The position numbers and the translations under genes are program-made. From an uncultured Chloroflexia bacterium (GTDB lineage Bacteria; Chloroflexota; Limnocylindria; Limnocylindrales; CSP1-4), in assembly GCA_963746845.1 (NCBI GenBank), contig CAVVCZ010000005.1:224001-288000 (forward strand): a DNA stretch of 64,000 nt, written 5' to 3'. The notes beneath the pieces were generated by a model. It ran no database searches. It saw only the letters and a list, made by a program, of their open reading frames with translations, and was not told the origin of the DNA. Positions 38,471 through 48,402 of this stretch are shown in pieces (the first letter of the stretch is position 1; each line of letters begins with the position of its first letter).

Positions 38471-39307
38471 TCAGGGGCGGTTCGCGGTCGCCGCGAGGAT
38501 CGTCTTGGTCTCGAACGGGGTGACGCCCGGATGGGCCGCGCGGATGCGGGCCGCGAGCCCGGCGATGTGCGGCGCGGCGAAGCTGTTGCCCGTCGCGACG
38601 ATCCGACTGCCGTCACGCCAGGCGACGTCGACGTCCAGGCCGTGCGCCCCGAACTCGACCGGCGGGTGCGGGTTGTAGAACCACGTCTCCGCGTCGTGGA
38701 CATCGTGGGCCGCCACCGAGACGACGGCGGCGAACAGGGACGGGTAGCTGGCGATCGCGACGTTGTTCGCGGCGCTGACGAGCAGGCAGTTCGCGAAATA
38801 GGCCCGGTCGGCCAGGTCGTGCAACGTGGCGAACATCGCCTCGCTCCGGGACGACAGGCTGAGGTTGACGACCGACGCACCCTGGGCGATCGCCCAGTCG
38901 AGACCGGCCGCGAAAGCCAGCCCCTTGCCGCGGTTGTCCGACCCGAGCACGCGCACGCTCACGAGCGTCGCCTTCGGGGCCAGGGCATGGACGATCCCGG
39001 CGCAGGCGGTGCCGTGGCCGACCGCATCGATCGGGTCGTCCGGGATCACCCGCGCGTCATCGCCGTCGAGCTCGACCCGGACGCTCTCGGTGAGGGCGCC
39101 GCCGATCGCCGGGTGCGCCGCCTCGATGCCCGAGTCGATCACGGCGACCGTGACGCCTGCGCCGTCGCCGACTCCGAACGCCCACGCCCGGTCGATGCCC
39201 GGGAACGGCGCCTCGCGCACCAGGTCCGGGCGATGGTCCCGGGCGAATGCCTCGGCCCACGCCGGCAGGACCGCGGACGGCCCGTCGCCCGCCGGGGCGC
39301 CCGTCAC
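38471..39307 (-). CDS. S8 subtilisin-like serine peptidase, no signal peptide (in-frame with upstream GAF ORF)
   Basis: VAVIDSG, GHGTACAG, SAANN, TGNSFAAPH catalytic motifs; candidate own start GTG 39307. Confidence 0.88.
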   Translation of the reverse strand: MTGAPAGDGPSAVLPAWAEAFARDHRPDLVREAPFPGIDRAWAFGVGDGAGVTVAVIDSGIEAAHPAIGGALTESVRVELDGDDARVIPDDPIDAVGHGTACAGIVHALAPKATLVSVRVLGSDNRGKGLAFAAGLDWAIAQGASVVNLSLSSRSEAMFATLHDLADRAYFANCLLVSAANNVAIASYPSLFAAVVSVAAHDVHDAETWFYNPHPPVEFGAHGLDVDVAWRDGSRIVATGNSFAAPHIAGLAARIRAAHPGVTPFETKTILAATANRP

Positions 39308-40144
39308 CGGCGTCGTCCCGCCGTGCCGCGCGGTCCCGCGCCGCCGCGCAGCGCGCCGGACGAGCACCGCGAGCAGCTCGCGGACGAGGTCGAGCTCGCC
39401 GGGATCGGCTTCCCGGAGCCGGGCGACCTCGTCCGCCAGCGCCCACAGGGGATCGTCGGGCCCGTCGGCCAGACCCGCCGTCGCATCGCTCACGATCGCG
39501 TCGATCTCGGATTCCGAGATCGGATCGGACCCGCCGTCAGGGACGGCGACGGCCGACAGGACGGTTCGGATCAACGAGGCGGTGTCGCGCTCGACGCGGC
39601 TGCTCCGGATCGCGACCGTCGCCTGGCGCGCGAACACCCCGGCCAGCTCGACGTCACGCAGGTCGAACCCCGCGTCGCCTCGCTTGTCGAGGACCTCGAG
39701 CACCCCGAGGATCCCCTCGTCGTCGATGAGTGGGACCGCGATCAGGGAGCGCGGCACATATCCGGTCTGCTCCGCCGTGGACCGGCCGAACCGTGCGTCG
39801 GCGGCGACATCCGCGAGGGCGATCGGCTGGGCGGTCGCGAAGACGTAGCCGGCCACGCCCTGGCCGCTGTCGATCGCCAGCCCGACCACGCCCTGGCCCT
39901 GGTCGCCGGCCGCGACCACGAAGACGAGCTTGTCGGTGGCGGCGTCGTACAGGGCGATCGATGCGGCCTCCGCACCGAACAGCCCGGCCGTCGCCTCCAC
40001 GATCGATCGCAGGACGGCCGACCCGCCCGGATCGGCGAGCCGCTTCGCGGCTTCGATCCGGAGGGCGATCGCCCGGAGCGCGATCCGCAGCCGATCGTCG
40101 CTCGCCGGCTCGGTCGGATCGAGCGGCGGCTGGTTCGCGCTCAC
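39304..40144 (-). CDS. GAF-domain protein (reads through into S8 peptidase in this sequence)
   Basis: AEAASIALYD, GQGVAGYV, SLIAVPL, GVLEVLDK; GTG 40144 overlaps Crp stop; no in-frame stop before 38471. Confidence 0.8.
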
Positions 40145-40848
40145 CGTTCGATCGTCCCCGCCAGGCGCTCGGTGTCCGGCACGACGAGCTGGTCCCGCTC
40201 GACGCGGACGAGACCCTGGTCCGCGAGCTCCGCGAGCAGCCGGTTCACGGATTGGCGCGAGCCGCCGATCATCCCGGCGAGCTCGGATTGCGTGTAGGGC
40301 CACGGGATCCGGACCGACCCGTCCGGATCCCGCGATCCCGCGGCCTCCGACAGGCGGACGATCCGCGAGGCGAGTCGGCCCGGAAGGTCCAGGAAGTGGA
40401 GGTCCTCGACGTGCCCGGTCAGACGTCGGATCTCGGTGGCCAGCGATGCGAGCAGGGCCCGGCGAAGGCCGGCGTCGGAGTCGATCAGGGCCAGGAACGC
40501 ATCGCGGTGGAGGACGAGCGTCTCGGTCGCCTCGACGGCCACGATCGTCGCGGAGTGGGGTGCGCCGTCGAGGATCGCGAGCTCGCCGAAGAACTCGCCC
40601 GGCCCGAGGATCGCGACGATCGCCGGCTCGGCGCCCTCGTCGCTCGGCAGGACCACCTTGACCGAGCCGCTCGCGAGAACGAACAGGGCGTCGCCCGGGT
40701 CGCCCTGGTGGAAGATCGTCTCCCCGCGTCGGAACCGACGCACCCGCAGGACGCGGACCAGCGTGTCGATCGCGGCGTCGTCGGCCGCCCCGAACAGGCC
40801 GCAGCCTCGCAGGGCGTCCCGTGCCACCCGCTCGTCGCCGACCGACAT
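40141..40848 (-). CDS. Crp/Fnr family transcriptional regulator
   Basis: IFHQGDPGD, GEFFGELAILDG, HSAT, C-terminal HTH TQSELAGMIGGSRQSVNR. Confidence 0.92.
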   Translation of the reverse strand: MSVGDERVARDALRGCGLFGAADDAAIDTLVRVLRVRRFRRGETIFHQGDPGDALFVLASGSVKVVLPSDEGAEPAIVAILGPGEFFGELAILDGAPHSATIVAVEATETLVLHRDAFLALIDSDAGLRRALLASLATEIRRLTGHVEDLHFLDLPGRLASRIVRLSEAAGSRDPDGSVRIPWPYTQSELAGMIGGSRQSVNRLLAELADQGLVRVERDQLVVPDTERLAGTIER

Positions 40849-41004
40849 GTCAACCGGATCCTCCACGACTCGCACCTGGGAACGCGCGCTCGGCCCGGCA
40901 CCACGATCGCGCGGCGGTTCACCCCGCCGGGCATCGTACGCCGAACGGTGGCGCGGTTCGGTGCGTGCCGGGGAGGCGGCGGCGCCGGGCGCGGCGCCGC
41001 GACG

Positions 41005-41631
41005 TCAGGTCCGGGCGACGGGCCGCATCGGGTAGAGACCGACGACGACCGGGCTGCGCGGGTCCATCGACAGCTCATAGCCGATCTCGCCGCCGCGCAG
41101 CAGCTCGCCGAGCAGCGATCCCTCGCGCTCGGGCAGACCGACGAAGACCCTGCCGGAGCCGAGATCGACCGGGGTCACGTCGTCGTCGCCGCCGTTGATC
41201 CCGAACCGGCGCCGAAGCTCGTGCATCGGGACGTACGGCCGGCTCTTGATGAAGCGGCGGAGCTGGGGAGCCGTGCAGGACGCACCGGGCGGGCCGTCGT
41301 GGGCGACGCCATTCGGGCCGTGGAACACGGGCGGGCCGGGGGCATGGAATCCGTTCTGCCCCGGCACGGAACCGTCCGGGACCGGGCCGACGGGTCCGGG
41401 CGGCGGCGGCACTGCGTCGGCGATCGTCGAGACGGCGATCGCCGCCGGCGCGGGCGCCGCGACCATGGCCGGGGGTGGTACCGGGACGGCGGCATCGGTG
41501 CCCCGGGTCACCTCGGGCGGGCTGGAGGCACCGACTGACGAGGCGCCGCTCGTGGGTCCGGGTGCGGCCTGGGGGGGCCGGGAGTGACCGTTCGAGTGGT
41601 GCGGGCGTCCGCCGTGATGGCGCCGGCTCAT
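41005..41631 (-). CDS. Hypothetical protein (His/Pro-rich N-terminus, globular C-terminal domain)
   Basis: C-terminal QLRRFIKSRPYVPMHELRRRFGI...GEIGYELSMDP looks folded (wHTH-like, inference). Confidence 0.65.
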   Translation of the reverse strand: MSRRHHGGRPHHSNGHSRPPQAAPGPTSGASSVGASSPPEVTRGTDAAVPVPPPAMVAAPAPAAIAVSTIADAVPPPPGPVGPVPDGSVPGQNGFHAPGPPVFHGPNGVAHDGPPGASCTAPQLRRFIKSRPYVPMHELRRRFGINGGDDDVTPVDLGSGRVFVGLPEREGSLLGELLRGGEIGYELSMDPRSPVVVGLYPMRPVART

Positions 41632-41794
41632 CGGCGATGGGCGACAAGCCGGTGGACCGGCTCGTCGGCATGGGCGGCGGCGTTGGGGCGCCGCTGGAGG
41701 GTCGGGCTCATCGTTCGATCGTGGAGGGCGGTCCGATGGACCACCGTCCCGAGATCATACCCCCGGTGGTTGCCCGCCCGTATCCAGCCGGCGA

Positions 41795-42964
41795 CTAGCC
41801 GGTGACGACCCGCAACTCCCGCGGCCCGTTGTTGAAGACGATCGGGCCGTCTGAACCGCACACGACGATGTCCTCGATCCGCGCCCCGTAGCGACCCGGA
41901 AGGTAGATCCCCGGCTCGATGCTGAACGCCATGCCGGCCTCGATCGGCTCGGCATTCCCGGCGACCAGATACGGCTCCTCGTGCCCCTCGAGCCCGATCC
42001 CGTGACCGGTCCGGTGGAAGAAGTTCTCCCCGTAGCCTTCGGCGTCGATGACGTCACGTGCGGTCCGATCGATCGCCTCGGCCGCAACCCCGGGCCGGAC
42101 CGCGCGGGTCGCGGTCACCTGCGCCGTCAGCAGCACGCCGAAGAGATGACGGAACTCCTCGGTCGGGCCGTTGGCCTCGTCGCCGCCCGTGACCCACAGC
42201 GTCCGCGTGGTGTCGCTGCCGTAGCCACCGAGCGAGCCGCCGATGTCGAGGACGATCGGCTCGCCGGCCCGGATCACCCGGTCGGACGCCTCGTGATGGG
42301 GCGACGCCGAGTTGGGGCCGGATGCGACGATCGCGAACTCGGCCAGCTCGTGTCCCTCGGCCCGGAGCCGCTCGCGGACCTCGTCGGCGACGTCGGCCTC
42401 CGTCCGGCCGACGAGGCGTCCGGACGCGATCTGGTCGACGACCCGGTCCGCGGCCGCCCCGGCGAGCCGGAGCAGCTCGATCTCGTCGGCGTCCTTGACC
42501 ATCCGGAGGCGCCGCAGGATCGTCGTCGCGGAGCTCCACGATGCCCCGGCCAGCGCCGCCTGCAGCCGGAGCAGGTGGTACGCCGTCAGCCGATCCGAGA
42601 CGGCGATCCGGGGCGTCCCCGCCGACCCGCCCGGGGATCGCCCGACGAGGCCGGCCACGATCCCGTGCGGATCGTCGGTCTCCATCCACGTCGTGATCGC
42701 GACCGGCGTCCGGAGCCCGGCCTCGGCGGCGGGCTGCTCCAGCCGGGGCACGATCAGCAACGGCTCGGCACCTGCGACGACGACCAGCATCGTCAGCCGC
42801 TCGAGGGGCATCGCGCGGTACCCGGTCAGGTAGTCCAGGTCGGGCCCGACCCCGATCAGCACGGCGTCGAAGCCGCCGTCGACGCCACCCTCGGCCAGGC
42901 GGCGCAGGCGCTCCGTGTAACGCTCGGTGGGGATCGCGGGGCGCGCGGGCAGCGCGGTCGTCAT
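41795..42964 (-). CDS. Xaa-Pro peptidase family (M24)
   Basis: SGPNSASPHH, LDIGG, SDTTRT, HRTGHGIG, EPGIY, RIED. Confidence 0.93.
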   Translation of the reverse strand: MTTALPARPAIPTERYTERLRRLAEGGVDGGFDAVLIGVGPDLDYLTGYRAMPLERLTMLVVVAGAEPLLIVPRLEQPAAEAGLRTPVAITTWMETDDPHGIVAGLVGRSPGGSAGTPRIAVSDRLTAYHLLRLQAALAGASWSSATTILRRLRMVKDADEIELLRLAGAAADRVVDQIASGRLVGRTEADVADEVRERLRAEGHELAEFAIVASGPNSASPHHEASDRVIRAGEPIVLDIGGSLGGYGSDTTRTLWVTGGDEANGPTEEFRHLFGVLLTAQVTATRAVRPGVAAEAIDRTARDVIDAEGYGENFFHRTGHGIGLEGHEEPYLVAGNAEPIEAGMAFSIEPGIYLPGRYGARIEDIVVCGSDGPIVFNNGPRELRVVTG

Positions 42965-43350
42965 GGGATCGTCGCCTCCTTCGGCGTGGGGTGGTCGAGG
43001 GTGGCGTCGAGCCAGCGCCGGATCGTCGCCGGGCCGTCGTCGAACAGCTTGCGATACGCGAGGACGCGATCGGCACCGACCGCGAGCGCATCGCGGCGCA
43101 GGACATGATCATCGTGCTGACCGACCGCCAGGACGGGGATCCGTCGATCCCGTGCCGTGGCGATCGCGGCCAGCCCGTCGTAGGCCCGCGAGGTGAGGTC
43201 GACGATCGCGGCATCGCACGACCCGAGGCCCGCGTCGAAGGCGGCCGCGGTCCGAACGGCGGCTGGCTCGGCGCCGGCATCGCGGATCTGCCCGATCAGG
43301 CGGGTCGACCAGATCAGGTCGTCGGCGAGGACGAGGATCCGTTCCCTCAC
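42961..43350 (-). CDS. Atypical stand-alone receiver-like protein
   Basis: ILVLADD, AAIVDL, PVLAVGQH; REC-like pattern without canonical Thr/Ser. Confidence 0.65.
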   Translation of the reverse strand: MRERILVLADDLIWSTRLIGQIRDAGAEPAAVRTAAAFDAGLGSCDAAIVDLTSRAYDGLAAIATARDRRIPVLAVGQHDDHVLRRDALAVGADRVLAYRKLFDDGPATIRRWLDATLDHPTPKEATIP

Positions 43351-43368
43351 GACCGGGCGACCGCCGCC

Positions 43369-43869
43369 CTAGTCCAGCGACTGGGCGAGGTGATGGAAGA
43401 CGTCCCGGGCGGTGACCACGCCCGTCGGCCGCCCGTCCTCGACGATCGGGATGTGGCGGAAGCCCCCGACCGCCATCTTGTTGATCGCGACCGCGATCGT
43501 CTCGTCGTGCCGGAGGACGACCGGGTCGTGCGTCATCAGCGCCCCGATCGAGCGATCCGGCGGCGACGTCCCGGCCACCTTGAGCACCGCGTCACGGTCG
43601 GTGAAGATGCCGACGAGCCGGCCCCCGTCCACGACGAGGACGCAGTCGATCCCCTTGTCGTGCATGCGGCGGATCGCCTCGTCGACGTCGGTCGACGCGT
43701 CCACGATCTCCGGCGGCACGACGCCGAGCGCGTCCAGGTGCTTGCCCAGCAGCCGGCCGTGGAAGGCGGTCGCGGGCTCCGGGACGTCGCGTCCCGCGAG
43801 GTCCGACCCACAGTTGTCGCAGACGTCGGCCCCGCTCAGGTTCTCGTATCCACACGTCGGGCAGCGCAT
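43369..43869 (-). CDS. Zinc-ribbon + CBS-pair protein
   Basis: MRCPTCG...CDNCG; LVGIFTDRD, FRHIPIV, GVVTARD. Confidence 0.88.
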   Translation of the reverse strand: MRCPTCGYENLSGADVCDNCGSDLAGRDVPEPATAFHGRLLGKHLDALGVVPPEIVDASTDVDEAIRRMHDKGIDCVLVVDGGRLVGIFTDRDAVLKVAGTSPPDRSIGALMTHDPVVLRHDETIAVAINKMAVGGFRHIPIVEDGRPTGVVTARDVFHHLAQSLD

Positions 43870-43880
43870 GGGTCCCTCGC

Positions 43881-44930
43881 CTAGTCGACGGTCCAGGTCT
43901 CGCCGCTCGCGAGGACCGATGCCAGGTCGCCCTCGCCGGTCGCCGCGATCGCGGCGGAGATCTGCCCCTGGACGAGCTGGTCGTGGGTCGGGCGGGGCAC
44001 GGCCCGCAGGACGCCGACGGGGACCGGGTAGTCCGGCCAGAACATCCGGGACAGCATCAGCGCGAGGTACGGCTCCGGGGCCGCCTCGTCGTGGACGAGG
44101 AGGTCCGACTCGCTGATCCCGTTCTCGCCGATCGTCACGACCTCCGGATGGAGCCCGCGGAGGCGGATGCCCTTGTCGCGATCCTTGCCGAAGATCATCG
44201 GCTTGCCGTGCTCGAGGACGAGCATCCGGTCCTCGCGGACCTCGCGGTCGGTGAAGTCGCGCCACGCGCCGTCGTTGAAGATGTTGCAGTTCTGGAGGAC
44301 CTCGACGAACGTCGAGCCGTGGTGAAGCCCGGCCCGCTGGAGCGTCTGCTGGAGGTGCTCCGTGTGGGTGTCGACGCTCCGGGCCACGAACGACGCCTCG
44401 GCGGCGAGTGCCACCGTCAGCGGCTGGATCGGCGTGTCGACCGTGCCGGCCGGCGTCGACTTCGTGCGCTTGCCGAACTCGGACGTCGGCGACGCCTGGC
44501 CCTTGGTCAGACCGTAGATCCGGTTGTTGAACATCACGAGCGTGATGTCGACGTTCCGGCGCATCGAGTGGAGGACGTGGTTCCCGCCGATCGAGAGCGC
44601 GTCGCCGTCGCCGGTGATCACCCAGACCATCAGGTCCGGCCGCGCCGCCTTGAGACCGGTCGCGAGCGTCGGAGCACGGCCGTGGATCGTGTGGAACCCA
44701 TAGGTGTTCATGTAGTACGGCAGCCGGCCCGAACAGCCGATCCCGCTGATGAAGACGATGTTCTCCTTCGGCACGCCGAAGTCCGGCATCTGCTTCTGGG
44801 TCTGGGCCAGGATCGAGTAGTCGCCGCAGCCCGGACACCAGCGAACCTCCTGGTCGGACACGAAGTCCTTCCGGGTCAGCTGGATGATCTCGGCGTTCTC
44901 GGGGCTGAGGGCGGGCATCGATTCAGTCAT
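43881..44930 (-). CDS. korB: 2-oxoacid:ferredoxin oxidoreductase beta subunit
   Basis: WCPGCGD, SGIGCS, IHGR, GDGDALSIGGN, YGLTKGQASPT. Confidence 0.93.
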   Translation of the reverse strand: MTESMPALSPENAEIIQLTRKDFVSDQEVRWCPGCGDYSILAQTQKQMPDFGVPKENIVFISGIGCSGRLPYYMNTYGFHTIHGRAPTLATGLKAARPDLMVWVITGDGDALSIGGNHVLHSMRRNVDITLVMFNNRIYGLTKGQASPTSEFGKRTKSTPAGTVDTPIQPLTVALAAEASFVARSVDTHTEHLQQTLQRAGLHHGSTFVEVLQNCNIFNDGAWRDFTDREVREDRMLVLEHGKPMIFGKDRDKGIRLRGLHPEVVTIGENGISESDLLVHDEAAPEPYLALMLSRMFWPDYPVPVGVLRAVPRPTHDQLVQGQISAAIAATGEGDLASVLASGETWTVD

Positions 44931-46782
44931 GTGCGACTCCCAGGATCCGCTCGGCCTGGGCGACGATCTCGGCGATCGTGAACGGCTTGCCACGGACGCG
45001 GTTGTAGCCCTCGGCGTCGATCAGGAACTGGGCCCGGATCAGCATCGAGAGCTGGCCGAGGTTGACCTCCGGGATCAGGACCCGACGGTAGCTCCGGAGG
45101 ACCTTCTCGGTGTTCGACGGGAACGGGTTGAGGTGGCGGAGGTGGGCGTGGGCGACGCTCCGGCCATCGCCGTGCAGCCGCTCGACGGCGCTCCGGATCG
45201 CGCCGTAGGTCGAGCCCCAGCCGAGGATCAGCAGATCGCCCCGGTCCGGACCGAACACGTCGAGCGGCGGGATGTCGTCCGCGATCCGGGCGACCTTCGC
45301 CTGGCGGAGGAGCTGCATCCGGTGGTGGTTGTCGGGGTCGTAGCTGACGTTGCCGGTGATGTCCGCCTTCTCCAGCCCGCCGATCCGGTGCTCCAGGCCC
45401 GGCGTTCCGGGGATCGCCCACTTCCTCGCAAGGGTCTTCGGGTCGCGCTCGTACGGGTGGAACGTCTCCTTCTCCGTCCAGTTCCGGACGGAGATGTCCG
45501 GCAGGTCCTCGACAGACGGGATCTTCCACGGCTCCGCGCCCGTCGCGAGGAACGCGTCAGAGAGGTACACGACCGGGGTCACGTACTTCAGCGCGAGCCG
45601 CCACGCCTCGATCGCCATGTCGAAGCACTCTCCCGGCGTCGCCGGCGCGACGACCGGCAACGGCGAGTCGCTGTTCCGCCCGAACATCACCTGGAGCAGG
45701 TCCGCCTGCTCGTTCTTCGTCGGCATGCCGGTCGAAGGCCCGGCCCGCTGGACGTCGACGACGACGAGCGGGAGCTCGACCATCACGGCCAGCCCGAGCG
45801 CCTCCGACTTCAGCGCGATGCCCGGCCCGGACGACGCGGTCAGCCCGAGCGCCCCGCCGTAGCTCGCGCCGATCGCCGCGCCGATCGCGGCGATCTCGTC
45901 CTCGGCCTGGAAGGTCTTCACGCCGAAGCTCTTGTAGCCCGACAGCTGGTGGAGGATGTCCGAGGCCGGCGTGATCGGATAGGACCCGTAGAAGAGGGGC
46001 CGGTCCGCGAGCTTCGAGGCGGCGAGCATCCCCAGCGCCGTGGCCTCGTTGCCGGTGATGTTCCGGTACGTGCCGGGCGGGAGATGGGCCGGCGCGACCC
46101 GGTAGTGCGTGTGGAAGATCTCGGTCGTCTCGCCGAACGCGTAGCCGGCCTTGACGGCGCGGATGTTGGCCTCGGCGACGACCGGCCGCTTGCCGAACTT
46201 GTCGTTGATCCAGTGGATCGTCCCGTCGAAGTCCCGGCCGTACAGCCAGAACATGATCCCGAGGGCGAAGAAGTTCTTCGTGAGGTCCTTCTGCTTCGAC
46301 GTCATGTCGAGGCCCTCGAGGGACCGCTCGTTCAGCGTGGAGATCGGGATCTCGAAGACGCTGAATTGCTTCAGCGAGCCGTCGGACAGCGGGTTCGCGG
46401 CATAGCCGGCCTTCTGGAGGTTCTGGGCGGTGAACGCGTCGCTGTTGACGATCAGCGCCCCACCGGCCGGCAGATCGATCACGTTCGTCCTGAGGGCCGC
46501 CGGGTTCATCGCGACGAGGACGTCGGGCTGGTCGCCCGGTGTATGGATGTCGCTCGAGCTGAAGCTGATCTGGAAGCCGGACACGCCCGGCAGCGAGCCG
46601 GCCGGCGCGCGGATCTCGGCCGGGAAGTCCGGAAGCGTGCTGATGTCGTTGCCGTAGACGGCGGCCGTACGGGTGAACTGGGTGCCGGTGAGCTGCATCC
46701 CGTCGCCGGAGTCGCCCGCGAAGCGGATGGTGACGCGATCGAGCTCCTGGGTCTGCGGCTCGATCTCGCGGGTCGTGGTCAC
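44923..46782 (-). CDS. korA: 2-oxoacid:ferredoxin oxidoreductase alpha subunit
   Basis: AGDSGDGMQLTG, AEIRAP, YPITPAS, QAEDEIAA, QRAGPSTG. Confidence 0.94.
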   Translation of the reverse strand: MTTTREIEPQTQELDRVTIRFAGDSGDGMQLTGTQFTRTAAVYGNDISTLPDFPAEIRAPAGSLPGVSGFQISFSSSDIHTPGDQPDVLVAMNPAALRTNVIDLPAGGALIVNSDAFTAQNLQKAGYAANPLSDGSLKQFSVFEIPISTLNERSLEGLDMTSKQKDLTKNFFALGIMFWLYGRDFDGTIHWINDKFGKRPVVAEANIRAVKAGYAFGETTEIFHTHYRVAPAHLPPGTYRNITGNEATALGMLAASKLADRPLFYGSYPITPASDILHQLSGYKSFGVKTFQAEDEIAAIGAAIGASYGGALGLTASSGPGIALKSEALGLAVMVELPLVVVDVQRAGPSTGMPTKNEQADLLQVMFGRNSDSPLPVVAPATPGECFDMAIEAWRLALKYVTPVVYLSDAFLATGAEPWKIPSVEDLPDISVRNWTEKETFHPYERDPKTLARKWAIPGTPGLEHRIGGLEKADITGNVSYDPDNHHRMQLLRQAKVARIADDIPPLDVFGPDRGDLLILGWGSTYGAIRSAVERLHGDGRSVAHAHLRHLNPFPSNTEKVLRSYRRVLIPEVNLGQLSMLIRAQFLIDAEGYNRVRGKPFTIAEIVAQAERILGVAHD

Positions 46783-46789
46783 GCTGGGG

Positions 46790-47299
46790 TCAGCCCCCTT
46801 CGGCTCGGTGCATCGTCTGATGGGGTCGGGGCGGCAGGTTGAGGAGCTCCTCGGGGAACGACTCGGCGAGGTACTTCAGGACGTCCTGCGGGCGGATGAC
46901 GCCCTGGAGGGTGTCGTCGTCGTCGAGCAGCGGCACGTTCCGGTAGCGGCCGGTCTGCATCAGCTCGATGGCGTGACGGACGGTCTCCTCGAGATGGAGG
47001 TGGTGCGGCTTCGTCGTCATCAGCGTCTCGACCGGCTGCGACAGGTCGATCGGGGGCACGTCGCCACCGACGAGGCGACCGAAGATGTCGCGCTCCGTCA
47101 GGACCCCGGCGAGGCGGCCCGAGGCGTCGACGACGAAGACGGAATCGCCCGTCCCGGTCCGGCGGATCTCCGCCAGGCACGCGCTCAGGCTGGTCCCGGG
47201 CGGGACGGTCACCGGCTCCCGGCGCCCGACGCCCTGGAGTCGCTCGTCGAGGAGGGTCGGGACCCGGGCGACGACGGCGCCCTCGGTGAGGTCGTTCAC
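46790..47299 (-). CDS. CBS-domain protein
   Basis: LAGVLTERD, YRNVPLL, NLPPRP tail; TACACT 7 nt before GTG 47299. Confidence 0.85.
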   Translation of the reverse strand: MNDLTEGAVVARVPTLLDERLQGVGRREPVTVPPGTSLSACLAEIRRTGTGDSVFVVDASGRLAGVLTERDIFGRLVGGDVPPIDLSQPVETLMTTKPHHLHLEETVRHAIELMQTGRYRNVPLLDDDDTLQGVIRPQDVLKYLAESFPEELLNLPPRPHQTMHRAEGG

Positions 47300-47403
47300 G
47301 CGGGCAAGTGTATCCACTTCGCGTGTTGCGCCCGGTGATCCTCGGCCGCCGGGCACCGGCTTGCGTCCACGGAACGGGCCGGCGCGCTGCTAGCCTCGCG
47401 GGC

Positions 47404-48402
47404 GTGGATCGCCGCCGGGCCCTCGGGATCGTCCTCGTCGTCGTGTCCGCCGCGGGCTTCGCCTCGGGAACGGTCCTCTCGAAGCCGATCTATGCGGCGG
47501 GCCTCGACTGGCTGCAGCTGCTCGCGTGGCGGTTCGCGATCGGCGCTGCGCTGGCGTGGGGCTGGCTCCTCGTCTCGCCGACCCGCCGGTCCGCGATCCG
47601 GCGTCTCGGGCGACGCCAGGCGCTCGGCGCCGCCGCCCTCGGCGTCTGGTACACCGGCAACGCGGGCACCTACTACGCCGGCCTCCAGACGGTCCCGGCG
47701 TCGCTTGCCGGCGTCCTCGTCTATCTCTATCCCGCGCTCGTGGCCGTCCTGTCGGTCCGCTTCGCAACACGGCTGACGGGTCGCCGCCCGTGGTTCGCCC
47801 TCGGGATCGCGCTGGTCGGGGTCGTGCTGGCCCTCGGCGGGATCGATCTCGTCCCGCCGCCGCCGGTCAGCGGGCTGCTCCTGATCCTCGCCTCGCCCGT
47901 GATCTACGCGGGCTGGATCATCCTGTCCGCGCGACTCGCCGGGGAGCGGACCGACCGCCTGGCCCATGAGACCGTTCGCACGGACCGGGCAGATGACGCG
48001 GCCGCCACCACGACGCTGATGATCAGCGCGACCGCGGCCGTGTTCGTGGGTGCGGCCGTGCTGACCGGCCGCCCGCTCGCGCCCGACCGGATCCCGCCCG
48101 ACGCGTGGCCGTACCTGGCCGCGATCGGGTTCGCGAGCACCTTCCTCGCGATCCAGACGTTCTATGCGGGGGCACGCCGGATCGGGGCCGCCCAGGCCGC
48201 GCTCGTCAGCACCGTCGAGCCGCTGATCATCGTGACCCTGGCCTGGCTGACGCTCGGCGAGGTCCTTGCGCCGATCCAGCTCGTGGGCGCCGGGCTGATC
48301 CTCGTCGGGGTCGTCGTCGCTCAGACCGGCGAGCGCCCGCACGGGGCTCCGGAGCCGGCCGCACCGCTCGACGGCGAGCTGACGCCGGGATCGACCGGCT
48401 AG
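47404..48402 (+). CDS. DMT/EamA family transporter
   Basis: ~10 TMs, YLYPALV, STVEP, LGEVL; TAGCCT 7 nt before GTG. Confidence 0.88.
   Translation: MDRRRALGIVLVVVSAAGFASGTVLSKPIYAAGLDWLQLLAWRFAIGAALAWGWLLVSPTRRSAIRRLGRRQALGAAALGVWYTGNAGTYYAGLQTVPASLAGVLVYLYPALVAVLSVRFATRLTGRRPWFALGIALVGVVLALGGIDLVPPPPVSGLLLILASPVIYAGWIILSARLAGERTDRLAHETVRTDRADDAAATTTLMISATAAVFVGAAVLTGRPLAPDRIPPDAWPYLAAIGFASTFLAIQTFYAGARRIGAAQAALVSTVEPLIIVTLAWLTLGEVLAPIQLVGAGLILVGVVVAQTGERPHGAPEPAAPLDGELTPGSTG

Noticed and set aside
41628-41711. 27-aa uORF overlapping the start of the 41005-41631 gene
   Set aside because: ATGA overlap and an upstream TATGAT are suggestive, but there is no SD, motif or paralog to support it.
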